Source: Desulfarculia bacterium
Lineage (GTDB): Bacteria; Desulfobacterota; Desulfarculia; G963662305
DNA: 64,000 bases
NCBI GenBank assembly: GCA_963662305.1
Contig: OY759352.1
Location: 349,035-413,034, forward strand
Direction of reading: 5' to 3'
Shown: positions 8,769 through 17,947 of the stretch, piece after piece
Layout of the letters: every line of letters begins with the position of its first letter
Position numbering within the stretch: the stretch's first letter is position 1
Notes under the pieces: model-generated
Databases searched by the model: none
Told to the model about the DNA's origin: nothing
What the model saw: the letters and a program-made list of their open reading frames with translations, nothing else
Made by a program: the position numbers and the translations under genes

Positions 8769-10792
8769 CCGTTTCCGGACGCCGTCTTTCCCAGCCCTTC
8801 CAGGCCCAGCTCCTTCAAGCGTGCGGGAAGGATCGTCCCGCTGTCCTCGTCCCAGCCCATGACCCGGTAGAAATCCCTGGCCATGCCGTCCAGATCCAGG
8901 GTTATCCCCTTGGCCGGCCCTTTTTCCGGGGCCGGATCGCCATAGACTCTGGGGTGGGGTTTGAAATCCCGCAACGGGTTGAGCCCCTGGCGCAGGTTGA
9001 AGGCGTGCCTGAGCTGTTCCACCCGTTCGCCGATAACCAGGTACTCGTCATTGGTCAAGCCCATCCCCGTGGCCGCGTTGATCCACTCGCCCAGGGGTAT
9101 CCTGGCTCCGATCTGGGTTCCGAACAGGCAGACCCCGGCACAGTCCACCACCATTTTGAAAAAGCTGCCCAGGGCCAACCCCTGGGCTTTGTCCTCAATC
9201 CGGAAGCGCTGTTTACGGCCGCTCAAGGCCGAAATTTTTTTGGCCCGTTTGAACTGCTTTTCAAATAGCCACAGGTCCAGGTAGGTCTGGGAGGTGATGG
9301 TGTGGCGGCCCGGAGTGGGCTCGCAATAATAGGCCAGGCCGTAACCCGGATCGTACTTGGGATCATGCATGGCCGGCTCCACCCCGCCGCAGTGGACGGC
9401 ATACCGGTCCGCCCCCCGGCCGATCCGTTCCGCGGCCAGCCTGACCCCGTCGGCCAGCACATCGCCTATGCCCCGGCGTTGGATGATCATCTCCACCAGC
9501 CGGATAATGGACCGGCCGTCGCCCCAGGAGAGATCCAGCCCCCCGGTGTCGGCCCGGGTGATGATCCCCTCCTCCAAAAGCTCCACGGCAAAGGCGGCCA
9601 CGGCTCCGCAGGAGATGGAGTCCAGCCCGGCCCTGTTGACCATGTCGTTGAGGATGAGGATGGTCTCCAGGTCGTTATTCAGGGACAGGGAACCGAAGGC
9701 GCAGAGGGTCTCGTACTCGGGTTTGTGGCTCTCAGCCTCCTGCCCTGCCCTTCCGGGAAGCTCCAAGACCCCGCCGCACCGCAGGGGGCAGGAAAAACAG
9801 CCGTACTTTTTGGTCTCCCGGGCGGCCATGGCCTCGGCTCCGATCTGCTGAGAAAGGGACAAGGGAAAATCAAGATAACCCACCCCTCCCCAGTTTTTGA
9901 TGGGGCTGTCGCCGTTCTCTGCCGACATGGCCGTTAGGCCGGGGGTGCCGTACTTGGACAGAATCACCTTCCACAGCTTGGCCGGTTCCCGGGTGTGGAT
10001 TGTCCCGATCCGGGTGAACCGGCCCACCAGGCCCAGCAGCCTGTCGCCGAGAAGCCTCTGCAGCCCTCCGCCCCCCCGGACCCTTTCCCGGAAATCGCGG
10101 GTCAAGGCTTTCAGGGCCGCTGGATCAGCCGTGGCCACCTTCCTGCGCCCGGCGGCCACCACGGCCTTGAGGTTTTTGGAACCCATGACCGCGCCCAGAC
10201 CGGAGCGGGCCGCCATCCGGCCCCGGTCTGTGCCGATCCCGGCCATGAGGGAGAGGTTCTCCCCGGCCGGGCCGATCAGGGCGGCCTGGGCCCTTTTGCC
10301 GTGGCGCTCCTTGAGCACGGCCTCGGCCCTGATCAGGTCCAGGCCCCACAGGTCCATGGCCGGTTCCAGCCTGGCCTCCCCGTCGTCCAGGAAAAGATAG
10401 ACCGGCTCCTGGGCCCTCCCGGAGATAAAAACCCCGTCCACCCCGCAGCGCTTCAGGGCCGGAGAGAAGTATCCGCCGCAGTTGGCGTCGCCCCAGCCCC
10501 CTGTCTGGGGCGAAAGGCCCGTCACCAGGAACCGGCCGCTGAACAGAGCTCCGGTGTCGGTGAGCAGCCCCGAAACAAAACCCAGAATGTTCTCCGGCCC
10601 AAGGGGGTGAATCCCGGGCTTTATCCGGTCGTAAAGGATCCTGGCCGCCAGGCCCACCCCGCCCAGGTATTTGGCATAGAACTCCTCGGGCAGGTCCTGG
10701 TACTCCAGGGTGCCCTTGCTCAGATCCACGTTGAGGATCCGGCCCCAATATCCCCTGCCCAGGAGCCCCTCCTTGGCCTTAGTCATTAACAC
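8765..10792 (-). CDS. Aldehyde:ferredoxin oxidoreductase (tungsten-containing AOR family), copy 1
   Basis: 675 aa; N-terminal GYWGRILNVDLSKG...; AOR domains 1-3 with Cys-rich FeS/pterin ligands (GCFSCPLRCGG). Confidence 0.88.
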   Translation of the reverse strand: MLMTKAKEGLLGRGYWGRILNVDLSKGTLEYQDLPEEFYAKYLGGVGLAARILYDRIKPGIHPLGPENILGFVSGLLTDTGALFSGRFLVTGLSPQTGGWGDANCGGYFSPALKRCGVDGVFISGRAQEPVYLFLDDGEARLEPAMDLWGLDLIRAEAVLKERHGKRAQAALIGPAGENLSLMAGIGTDRGRMAARSGLGAVMGSKNLKAVVAAGRRKVATADPAALKALTRDFRERVRGGGGLQRLLGDRLLGLVGRFTRIGTIHTREPAKLWKVILSKYGTPGLTAMSAENGDSPIKNWGGVGYLDFPLSLSQQIGAEAMAARETKKYGCFSCPLRCGGVLELPGRAGQEAESHKPEYETLCAFGSLSLNNDLETILILNDMVNRAGLDSISCGAVAAFAVELLEEGIITRADTGGLDLSWGDGRSIIRLVEMIIQRRGIGDVLADGVRLAAERIGRGADRYAVHCGGVEPAMHDPKYDPGYGLAYYCEPTPGRHTITSQTYLDLWLFEKQFKRAKKISALSGRKQRFRIEDKAQGLALGSFFKMVVDCAGVCLFGTQIGARIPLGEWINAATGMGLTNDEYLVIGERVEQLRHAFNLRQGLNPLRDFKPHPRVYGDPAPEKGPAKGITLDLDGMARDFYRVMGWDEDSGTILPARLKELGLEGLGKTASGNG

Positions 10793-10836
10793 TCTCCAGC
10801 ATTTCTACAAATTTATTCATTTTCCGGCCGGAGCCC

Positions 10837-12036
10837 TTGCCTTGTCAAGGCTGTATGGGCCGTGATACTCTGCCCGGAGTCTCCCCACAATACGTTTTCA
10901 TGGAGGTCGCCTTGCCCCTGAACAAAGGTCAATCCACGCTGATCCAACGGGTTCAGAATCGGGATCTGTGCACTTTCTGCGGGGCCTGCGCCTCGCTCTG
11001 TCCCTATTTCAGATCGTGGGAGGGACGTCTGGTCAAGCTGGACACCTGCGACCTGGAGACAGGACGGTGTTTTCTCAACTGCCCCCGGACCGGTCTGGAC
11101 CTGGACGCTCTCTATGGGGCCGTCTTCGGCGGGAAGCATGTGCCGGTGGAGATGGGCCCCTGCCTGGAGGTGGTCATGGCCAGGGGCACGGACCCCCGGT
11201 TCAAGGGCCAGGTCCAGACCGGGGGCGCGGTCACGGCCCTTTTGAGCTCGGCCCTGGAAGGCGGGGCCATCCAGGCGGCGGTGCTCACCGCCAGGGGGGA
11301 GGACCTTCTGCCCCAAGGCCGGATCGCCAGATCGGCCGGGGAAGTCCTTGATTGCGCCGGTTCCTCCTACGTGGCCGGTCCCGCCCTGGAGGCCTTCAAC
11401 GCCGCGAACGGATCAGGGGAAACCCTGGGAGTGGTAGGGTTGCCCTGCCAGATCCAGGCCCTGGCCAAAATGCGGCTCAACCGGGAGTTCGACCCTGACA
11501 AAAAGATCGACCGGCTGGGCCTGACCGTGGGCCTGTTCTGCACTTGGGCCCTGGATTACCAATCTTTCTCCGGGTTCTTCCGGTCCCGCTTTTCGGACCG
11601 GAAGATCCTGGGCCTGGACATCAGCCCCCCGCCCCAGAGACTCCTTTCGGTGACCACTCCCCAAAGTCGGGAGGAGATCCCCCTGGACGAAATCCGGGAA
11701 TTTATCCGGCCCGGCTGCAAGGTCTGCCTGGACATGACCTCGGAGCTGGCCGACATCTCGGTGGGCACCGTGGAGGGAAGACCGGGCTGGAACACCCTGG
11801 CGGTCAGAACAGAGAGAGGCCGGGCCGGGCTGGAGATGGCCCAATCACGGGGCGCCCTGGAGACCAGGCCCCTGCCCCCGGAAAGCCTGGCCCATCTCAA
11901 GGAGGCCTCGTTGCTTAAAAAATCCAGGGGGTTGGCCGCGTTACGGGAGAGGGCCGAGACCAAAGACTGTTACCTGGATCTGGATTCGAAGATGGGGCGG
12001 GCAATCATCGAGGCCGTCGAGGGGGTGGAAGCATGA
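10837..12036 (+). CDS. Coenzyme F420 hydrogenase/dehydrogenase beta-subunit (FrhB/FdhB) family FeS flavoprotein-like protein (likely starts at the internal Met ~10900)
   Basis: LIQRVQNRDLCTFCGACASLCPYF ferredoxin-like motif followed by an FrhB-like C-terminal domain; its stop overlaps the iorA start (ATGA). Confidence 0.6.
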   Translation: MPCQGCMGRDTLPGVSPQYVFMEVALPLNKGQSTLIQRVQNRDLCTFCGACASLCPYFRSWEGRLVKLDTCDLETGRCFLNCPRTGLDLDALYGAVFGGKHVPVEMGPCLEVVMARGTDPRFKGQVQTGGAVTALLSSALEGGAIQAAVLTARGEDLLPQGRIARSAGEVLDCAGSSYVAGPALEAFNAANGSGETLGVVGLPCQIQALAKMRLNREFDPDKKIDRLGLTVGLFCTWALDYQSFSGFFRSRFSDRKILGLDISPPPQRLLSVTTPQSREEIPLDEIREFIRPGCKVCLDMTSELADISVGTVEGRPGWNTLAVRTERGRAGLEMAQSRGALETRPLPPESLAHLKEASLLKKSRGLAALRERAETKDCYLDLDSKMGRAIIEAVEGVEA

Positions 12037-13952
12037 CCGCGATCAACCAGGACGCGCCGGGCAGAACAGCGCTCCTCATGGGCAACGAGGCCATCGCCAG
12101 AGGGGCCGTGGAGGCAGGGGTGTCGGTCTGCGCCGGGTATCCGGGCAACCCTTCCTCGGAGATTATCGCCACCTTGGCCCAGGCAGGTCCGGACCTGGGC
12201 CGCCACGTGGAATGGTCGGTCAACGAAAAGGTGGCCCTGGAAACGGCCATGGCCGCCTCCTTCACCGGGCTGCGGGGCCTGGCCGTCATGAAGCAGAACG
12301 GACTCAACGTGGCCGCCGACGCCCTCATGACCCTGGCCATGACCGGATGCAGGGGCGGCCTGGTGGTGGTGGTCTGCGACGACCCCGGAGCCATTTCCTC
12401 CAACAACGAGGAGGACACCAGGGCCTTTGCCAAAATAGGAGACCTGCCCCTCCTGGAACCGGCCCACATCCAGGAGGCCAAGGACATAACCAGATGGGCC
12501 TTTGAACTTTCCGAAAAGCTGGCTCTGCCGGTTCTGGTCCGCTCCACTACCAGGGTCTCCCACGCCAGGGGCGCGGTGGTCCTGGGCGAGTTGGCCCAGG
12601 AGCCGCCCCAGCCCTGGTTCGACGCCTCGGCTCCGTTCATCAGCGTTCCGCCCACGGCCGCCCATCAGGCCCTGAAAGACAAACTCAAACGGGCCGGAGA
12701 GATCTTTGAACAGAGCCCGTTCAACTATTACCAGGGACCCAAGAACCCGGAGCTGCTGGTGGTCACCTCCGGAGTGGACCTGCTTTACACCCAGGAGGCG
12801 GCCCTGCTGCTCCAGGCCGAGGAGAGGATCGGCATTTGCAAACTGGGCGCCACCTGGCCCCTGCCGGAGAAGTTTGTTCTGGACTGCCTCAGGCGTTCGG
12901 ACAGGATTCTGTTCGTGGAGGAGGTGGACGCCTTCTTGGAGGACAACGTCATGGCCCTGGCCGCCCGGCACGGCGCGGCCCTGGGGCCCAAGGAGTTTCT
13001 GGGGCGGGGTTCCGGGGCCCTCCCCCGGGTTGGGGAGACCAACCCTGATCTGGCGGCCACGGCCCTGGCCAAGATACTGGGAACGGAATACTCCCCCCGG
13101 GATCCGGAATACGCGGCCCAAGCCAGGGAGGCCGCGGCCCTGGCCCCGGAGCGGCAGATCGGCTTCTGCGCCGGGTGCCCCCATCGGGCCTCCTACTGGA
13201 GCATTAAAAACGCCCTGGCCCTGGACGGCAGGAAAGGCTTTGTGGTGGGGGACATCGGCTGCTATTCCATGGGGTTCGGCCCCTCGGGCTTCTTCCAGCT
13301 AAAGACCCTCCACGCCATGGGCAGCGGTCCGGGGGTGGCCGGGGCCATGGGCCGGTTGGCCGCCCTGGGCCTGGACCAGCCGGCCCTGACCGTGATCGGG
13401 GATTCCACCTTTTTCCACGCGGCCCTGCCCGCCCTGGCCAACGCCAGCTACAACGGGGGCAAGCTCCTGACCCTGATCCTGGACAACAGCGCCACGGCCA
13501 TGACCGGGTTCCAGCCCCATCCGGGCACGGGCCTGACCGCCATGGGCAAAGACGCCCAGGTCCTAGACATAGAGGCCGTCTGCCGAGCCCTCGGGGCCCA
13601 CGTGGAGGTGGCCGACCCCTTTGATCTGGAGGACTCCTGCCAAGCCCTGACCAGGCTGCTCAAACGGGAAAACGGGCTCCATGTCTTGATTATGAGGCGG
13701 GAGTGCGCCTTGAAGCGGTCCAAGCGGGAGGGGCCGAGTTATAAAATGTCCATCGATCCGGAGCGGTGTCTGGGTCAGGAGTGCGGCTGCAACCGGCTTT
13801 GCACCAGAATTTTCAAGTGCCCCGGCCTTTCCTGGGACAAGGACGCCGGCAGGGCCCGGATAGAGGAGACCATCTGCATCGGCTGCGGCGTCTGCACCCA
13901 GATCTGCCCCGGCTCGGCCATTATCGCCGAACCCGCAAAGGAGGCGGCCTGA
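12033..13952 (+). CDS. iorA: Indolepyruvate:ferredoxin oxidoreductase alpha subunit
   Basis: 639 aa; TPP-binding domains (GDIGCYSMG, GDSTFFH) and C-terminal 2x[4Fe-4S] CIGCGVCTQICP. Confidence 0.88.
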   Translation: MTAINQDAPGRTALLMGNEAIARGAVEAGVSVCAGYPGNPSSEIIATLAQAGPDLGRHVEWSVNEKVALETAMAASFTGLRGLAVMKQNGLNVAADALMTLAMTGCRGGLVVVVCDDPGAISSNNEEDTRAFAKIGDLPLLEPAHIQEAKDITRWAFELSEKLALPVLVRSTTRVSHARGAVVLGELAQEPPQPWFDASAPFISVPPTAAHQALKDKLKRAGEIFEQSPFNYYQGPKNPELLVVTSGVDLLYTQEAALLLQAEERIGICKLGATWPLPEKFVLDCLRRSDRILFVEEVDAFLEDNVMALAARHGAALGPKEFLGRGSGALPRVGETNPDLAATALAKILGTEYSPRDPEYAAQAREAAALAPERQIGFCAGCPHRASYWSIKNALALDGRKGFVVGDIGCYSMGFGPSGFFQLKTLHAMGSGPGVAGAMGRLAALGLDQPALTVIGDSTFFHAALPALANASYNGGKLLTLILDNSATAMTGFQPHPGTGLTAMGKDAQVLDIEAVCRALGAHVEVADPFDLEDSCQALTRLLKRENGLHVLIMRRECALKRSKREGPSYKMSIDPERCLGQECGCNRLCTRIFKCPGLSWDKDAGRARIEETICIGCGVCTQICPGSAIIAEPAKEAA

Positions 13953-13954
13953 CC

Positions 13955-14569
13955 ATGACCCTGAACCGCGATTTTCAGAACGTGATTATCACCGGCGTGG
14001 GCGGCCAGGGCAATGTGCTGGCCTCCCAGATCCTGGCCCAGATGATGCTGAACCAGGGATTCAAGGTGACCATCGGCGAAACCCTGGGCGTATCCCAGCG
14101 GGGCGGCTCGGTGATGAGCCACCTGAGGATCTCCCGGGAGAGACGGCTTTCGCCCCAGATACCCGAGGGCAAGGCCCATCTGGTCCTGACCCTGGAGCCG
14201 GTGGAGGGATTGAGGGTCCTGGGGACTTACGGCAACCCGGAAACGCGGATGGTGGCCAACACCAAACCGGTCTATCCCATCGGGGTCCTGGCCGGAGAGG
14301 CGGAATACCCCCCGGTGGAGACAATCACCCAAAAAATCAAGGAACTCACCGCCGGGCTTTGGACCTTGGACGCCACCCGGATCGGAACCGAGATGGGCGC
14401 ACCCATTCTGGCCAACATCGCCCTCCTGGGCGCGGCCGTGGGGCTGGACCTGATCCAGGGCGACCGGGAGGTATTTGAAAAGGTCATCCAAGAGATCATG
14501 CCCCAGGCCAAGGCCGCGGCGAACCTGGAGGCCTTTGATAGGGGAGCCGGGGAGGTGGAGGCGGCCTAG
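13955..14569 (+). CDS. iorB: Indolepyruvate:ferredoxin oxidoreductase beta subunit
   Basis: MTLNRDFQNVIITGVGGQGNVLASQIL (pyruvate/ketoisovalerate oxidoreductase gamma-type domain); ATG 3 nt after the iorA stop. The ORF-track entry from 13766 is a 5' extension. Confidence 0.85.
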   Translation: MTLNRDFQNVIITGVGGQGNVLASQILAQMMLNQGFKVTIGETLGVSQRGGSVMSHLRISRERRLSPQIPEGKAHLVLTLEPVEGLRVLGTYGNPETRMVANTKPVYPIGVLAGEAEYPPVETITQKIKELTAGLWTLDATRIGTEMGAPILANIALLGAAVGLDLIQGDREVFEKVIQEIMPQAKAAANLEAFDRGAGEVEAA

Positions 14570-14632
14570 TCCAGAACCGCGGCCGGATCGGGGAAGCAGG
14601 GCCGGACATAAGGAGGCGTGGCAGGCCGGAGA

Positions 14633-14688
14633 GGGGGGCTTTGGCATGCATTTTTGCATTGATGCAAAAATGCATGCCAAAGCCCCCC
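14633..14688. repeat. 27-bp perfect inverted repeat (56-nt palindrome) between convergent genes; candidate bidirectional terminator, structured-RNA or operator element
   Basis: GGGGGGCTTTGGCATGCATTTTTGCAT-tg-ATGCAAAAATGCATGCCAAAGCCCCCC; lies between the iorB stop (14569,+) and the racemase stop (14727,-); no flanking U-tract. Confidence 0.8.
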
Positions 14689-14726
14689 GGCCCCGCGCCC
14701 TTCTCCACACCCATTTATCCTCGGGG

Positions 14727-15461
14727 TTACACCACCCCCCCGTACCTCTCCCTGACCAGGCTGGAATGGACGAAATTAATCATGGTGTTGAAATCGAACA
14801 CCGGCAAGCCGGTGGCTTCCTGGACCGCTGCCGCGTAAGGCGGCAGGTTGGAGCACTCCAGCAGAATGGTTTTAATCGCGGGGTCGGTTTTGACCAGGCC
14901 CAGAGCCCGTTCCACCACATCCGCTTCCACGGCCTCCAGGTCCAGGACCCCGCCCTCGTCCAGGATGGCCCTTCTGAAAGGGAGCGAATCCTCCAGGCCG
15001 GTAATCACCACCCGCTCCGGGAACCGGACCCCCACCGCTGCCAGATGGCGAGTCGTTATCTGGGAGCCCTCGGCCGAGATCACCCCCACCTTCTCCTCCC
15101 GGCGCAACGTCTGCTGGATAAAGGGAATCTGGAGCAGGCTGGACAGAAAAACCGGCACCTGCAGGGCCTGGGCCATCTCCTCCTGGAAAAGGGCCATGAA
15201 CCCGCAGTCGCTGGTCACGGCCCGGACCCCCTGGCTCACCAGGGCCTGCCCGGCCTGGATGAACGGCTCCAGCAGGGACAGGTCGCGCCTGTAGATCAGC
15301 CGCTCGATGGAGGCCGACTTTGCCACCTGGTAGCGCACCGGAAAGGGGTAGGTGGTGGCGTTGCCCACATCCCCCGGGGGCAGAGGCAAAAGGCAGTCCA
15401 GCAGAATGATTCCGATGGTCTCCCCCGCGCTGTAACGCCCTTGTTGAGCTTTGACGATCAT
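14727..15461 (-). CDS. Asp/Glu/hydantoin racemase-family protein (hydantoin racemase / arylmalonate decarboxylase-like)
   Basis: 244 aa; ...VTSDCGFMALFQEEMAQAL... and ...LLECSNLPPYAAAVQEATGLPV... resemble the two pseudo-symmetric halves of the Asp/Glu racemase superfamily with catalytic Cys. Confidence 0.6.
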   Translation of the reverse strand: MIVKAQQGRYSAGETIGIILLDCLLPLPPGDVGNATTYPFPVRYQVAKSASIERLIYRRDLSLLEPFIQAGQALVSQGVRAVTSDCGFMALFQEEMAQALQVPVFLSSLLQIPFIQQTLRREEKVGVISAEGSQITTRHLAAVGVRFPERVVITGLEDSLPFRRAILDEGGVLDLEAVEADVVERALGLVKTDPAIKTILLECSNLPPYAAAVQEATGLPVFDFNTMINFVHSSLVRERYGGVV

Positions 15462-15678
15462 CCCCTCGCCCCCCTTTCTTGACCGGTGCCCAGGACAAGG
15501 CAGACCCTCCAGGCAAGATAGATGACTTGGATGTGAAACCAGATTAATTTCATGCTCCCGCCAAAGCCTTGACCCCTTGGGCGGGATTCATCGGATTGGG
15601 CGGCGCCGGGTTGACCCTCCCGGTGCCGCGCTTCATATGTTAAACAAGCGTATTTCTTTAACGCTTCATTATTTATAA

Positions 15679-17700
15679 CTATTTTATAACAGGACTGGGG
15701 CGCCCCACGGCCGTGCAGACCAGTTCGGTCCCCAAATAGAGCATCTCCTCAGACCCCCCGCCGATGGGCGCCTGCAGGTCGCGGCGATCCAGGGAAACCT
15801 CCGGGGTTTCCGCTCCGGCCTTGCGGGCCGCCTCCCGGATCCAGGCTTCCATGATCTTGCGGGCCTGAACCACGGCCTCCTCCCTATCCCTGAAATTCAG
15901 AACCTTATCAGGCAGATGGAGCCTGAATCCGCCTTGGTCTTCCAGGGGCTTAATCAGGGCCGTACAGCGGATGATTACCCCTCCCACCACCGCGCCCACG
16001 GCGTTGGCCACCTCGGCCCTGGGCGGAATGACGAGTCTGGTTCGCAGTCTCTCGACCATGGCCGGCCCATAGGCCTCCACCGGAGCGCCGATGGCCACTA
16101 CGGGATGGTTGAGGGTCAGGGAAATGGAGATGTCCCCCTTGCCGTTCCCGTTTTTTGACAAAGCCTTCCTGATCAGGAAGGAATCGATGAGCCCCTTGCC
16201 GGGCTCCTCCCCATCCAGGCCCTCTCCGGCCAGGGCGGCCCGGGCCAGCGCCTCCGCGCCCCCGGCATAGACTCCCTCAATCACCATGCGGGCCAAATCC
16301 TTCGGCTTCAGCCCCACCTGGGCGGCCAAAACAGCCGCACCCGTTTCGGCCGCCTCGGCGGACCACAGGTTCAACCGGCCCAGGGCGTGCAGAGCATCGG
16401 TGGGGGTGAACCCGCAGATGCCGATCAGACGCCTGGCCGCGGCCTGTCGCACCGGCCCCGGCAAAAAGGAGGCCGGCCCGTTCTCCTCCACCAGTCTCTC
16501 CCAGGCCGCCGGACCCTTTTCCAGTATGGCCAGCAAGGCGTCCTCCCAGGAGGAGTTGGTTCTTCTGTTTCCGCCGCCCTGGGGCATGAGAAAGACGGCC
16601 GCTCGGGAGGATCTGATTTTTCTTCTCTTCTGTTTCTTCAACTCTTCAATTATATTGGGATGCTCCAATGCTGCCAGGCACAGAGGGACGACCCTCTCCG
16701 GGCCCAGGCTCAGCTCCCCTCCGGTCTTGAGCTCCACCCGGCTGTCGCCGCCCAGGCCCACGGTCCGGATATCCACTGCCTCCACCATGGTCCGCCAGGG
16801 CCCGACCTGGGCTCCTTTGGGGTTGAGCCGGGGCTGGCCGCCCTTGAGCTGGGCGATGTCGGTGGTAGTACCGCCCATGTCCATCACCCAGAAATTGCCG
16901 TTTCCCTCCTCCCCGACCAAATGCCGGGCCCCGACCACGCTGGCCGCCGGTCCGGAGAGGATGGTCTCAATGGGCCTTTTGGCCGCCCAGGAGGCCTCCA
17001 CCAGGGAGCCGTCGCCCTTGACCACCATTATCTGCCCGCCTATCCCCCTCTGGGCCAGGACATCCCTGACCGAACCGATGAGTTCCCTGATCAGGGGGAT
17101 CAAGCCGGCGTTCAGAGCCACGGTGGTGGCCCGGCGGATGGAGTCCAGCCGGGAGGTCAGCATATGCCCGCAGGTGACCGGAAGACCGCTTAACTCTTCG
17201 AGGATCGCGGCCGCCCTGGTTTCGTGCTCCGGGTTGCGGACCCCGAAGTAGGAGGAAACGCCGAAGGCGTCCACCTTGCCCTTTCGGGAGAACGCCGTCT
17301 CCCGGAGCCCCTTCTCGTCCAGGGGGTGAACCTCCACGCCCTGCGAATCGTGACCGCCGGCCAGATGGATCACATCGTCCACCACCAACGCCCGTTTTAG
17401 TCCGTAGGAGTCTAGCAGGTCCTGGTCGTAACCGACCAGGACCAGACAGACCCGTCCGCCCCTGCCCTCCACAATGGCGTTGGTGGCCAGGGTGGTAGAC
17501 AGGCCGGTGAGAGTTATGGACTCTGGGCCAGGGGCCCCCTCCTGGTTCAGGACGGCATCCACGGCCAAGCCGATGCCCCTGGCGAGGTCGTCGTAGGTGG
17601 TCAGGGACTTGGCCGCAAAAAGAATACGGCCGGCGGCGTGGTCCACCAGGACCGCATCCGTGTAGGTCCCTCCGGTATCTATGCCCAGCAAAACTTCCAT
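15679..17700 (-). CDS. Hydantoinase/oxoprolinase A-family ATP-dependent hydrolase (HyuA-like)
   Basis: 673 aa; N-terminal LLGIDTGGTYTDAVLVD and downstream MDMGGTTTDI (ASKHA ATPase) are hallmark hydantoinase_A motifs. Confidence 0.75.
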   Translation of the reverse strand: MEVLLGIDTGGTYTDAVLVDHAAGRILFAAKSLTTYDDLARGIGLAVDAVLNQEGAPGPESITLTGLSTTLATNAIVEGRGGRVCLVLVGYDQDLLDSYGLKRALVVDDVIHLAGGHDSQGVEVHPLDEKGLRETAFSRKGKVDAFGVSSYFGVRNPEHETRAAAILEELSGLPVTCGHMLTSRLDSIRRATTVALNAGLIPLIRELIGSVRDVLAQRGIGGQIMVVKGDGSLVEASWAAKRPIETILSGPAASVVGARHLVGEEGNGNFWVMDMGGTTTDIAQLKGGQPRLNPKGAQVGPWRTMVEAVDIRTVGLGGDSRVELKTGGELSLGPERVVPLCLAALEHPNIIEELKKQKRRKIRSSRAAVFLMPQGGGNRRTNSSWEDALLAILEKGPAAWERLVEENGPASFLPGPVRQAAARRLIGICGFTPTDALHALGRLNLWSAEAAETGAAVLAAQVGLKPKDLARMVIEGVYAGGAEALARAALAGEGLDGEEPGKGLIDSFLIRKALSKNGNGKGDISISLTLNHPVVAIGAPVEAYGPAMVERLRTRLVIPPRAEVANAVGAVVGGVIIRCTALIKPLEDQGGFRLHLPDKVLNFRDREEAVVQARKIMEAWIREAARKAGAETPEVSLDRRDLQAPIGGGSEEMLYLGTELVCTAVGRPSPVIK

Positions 17701-17947
17701 ATCTATTTTTCCAAAAAAGAAAAGACAAGGCGCCTGACGACGCCCCTCGCCCTGATGAAAGACCGCCTCCCAGAGATATCCGGGAGGCGGCTCAACCGGT
17801 CAGGCTCAGGCAATGGAAGGGGCCTCTTTTCTCAGGCCGCCGGGGACCGGACGGCTCTGCTCCGACAAAAAGCCTCAGCCTGAATTCTTCGCTTCACCAT
17901 TCCCCTCCCAGGAGCGGAATGTCGATTCACCAGCCTCCAGCCGGGGA

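Noticed and set aside
11970-14710. Long minus-strand ORFs (11970-13184, 13775-14710) opposite iorA/iorB
   Set aside because: Antisense shadows; no start context or domains; the real genes on the plus strand have strong TPP and FeS motifs.
16286-17251. 321-aa and 268-aa plus-strand ORFs opposite the hydantoinase gene
   Set aside because: Antisense, Ala/Pro/Ser/Arg-rich low complexity.
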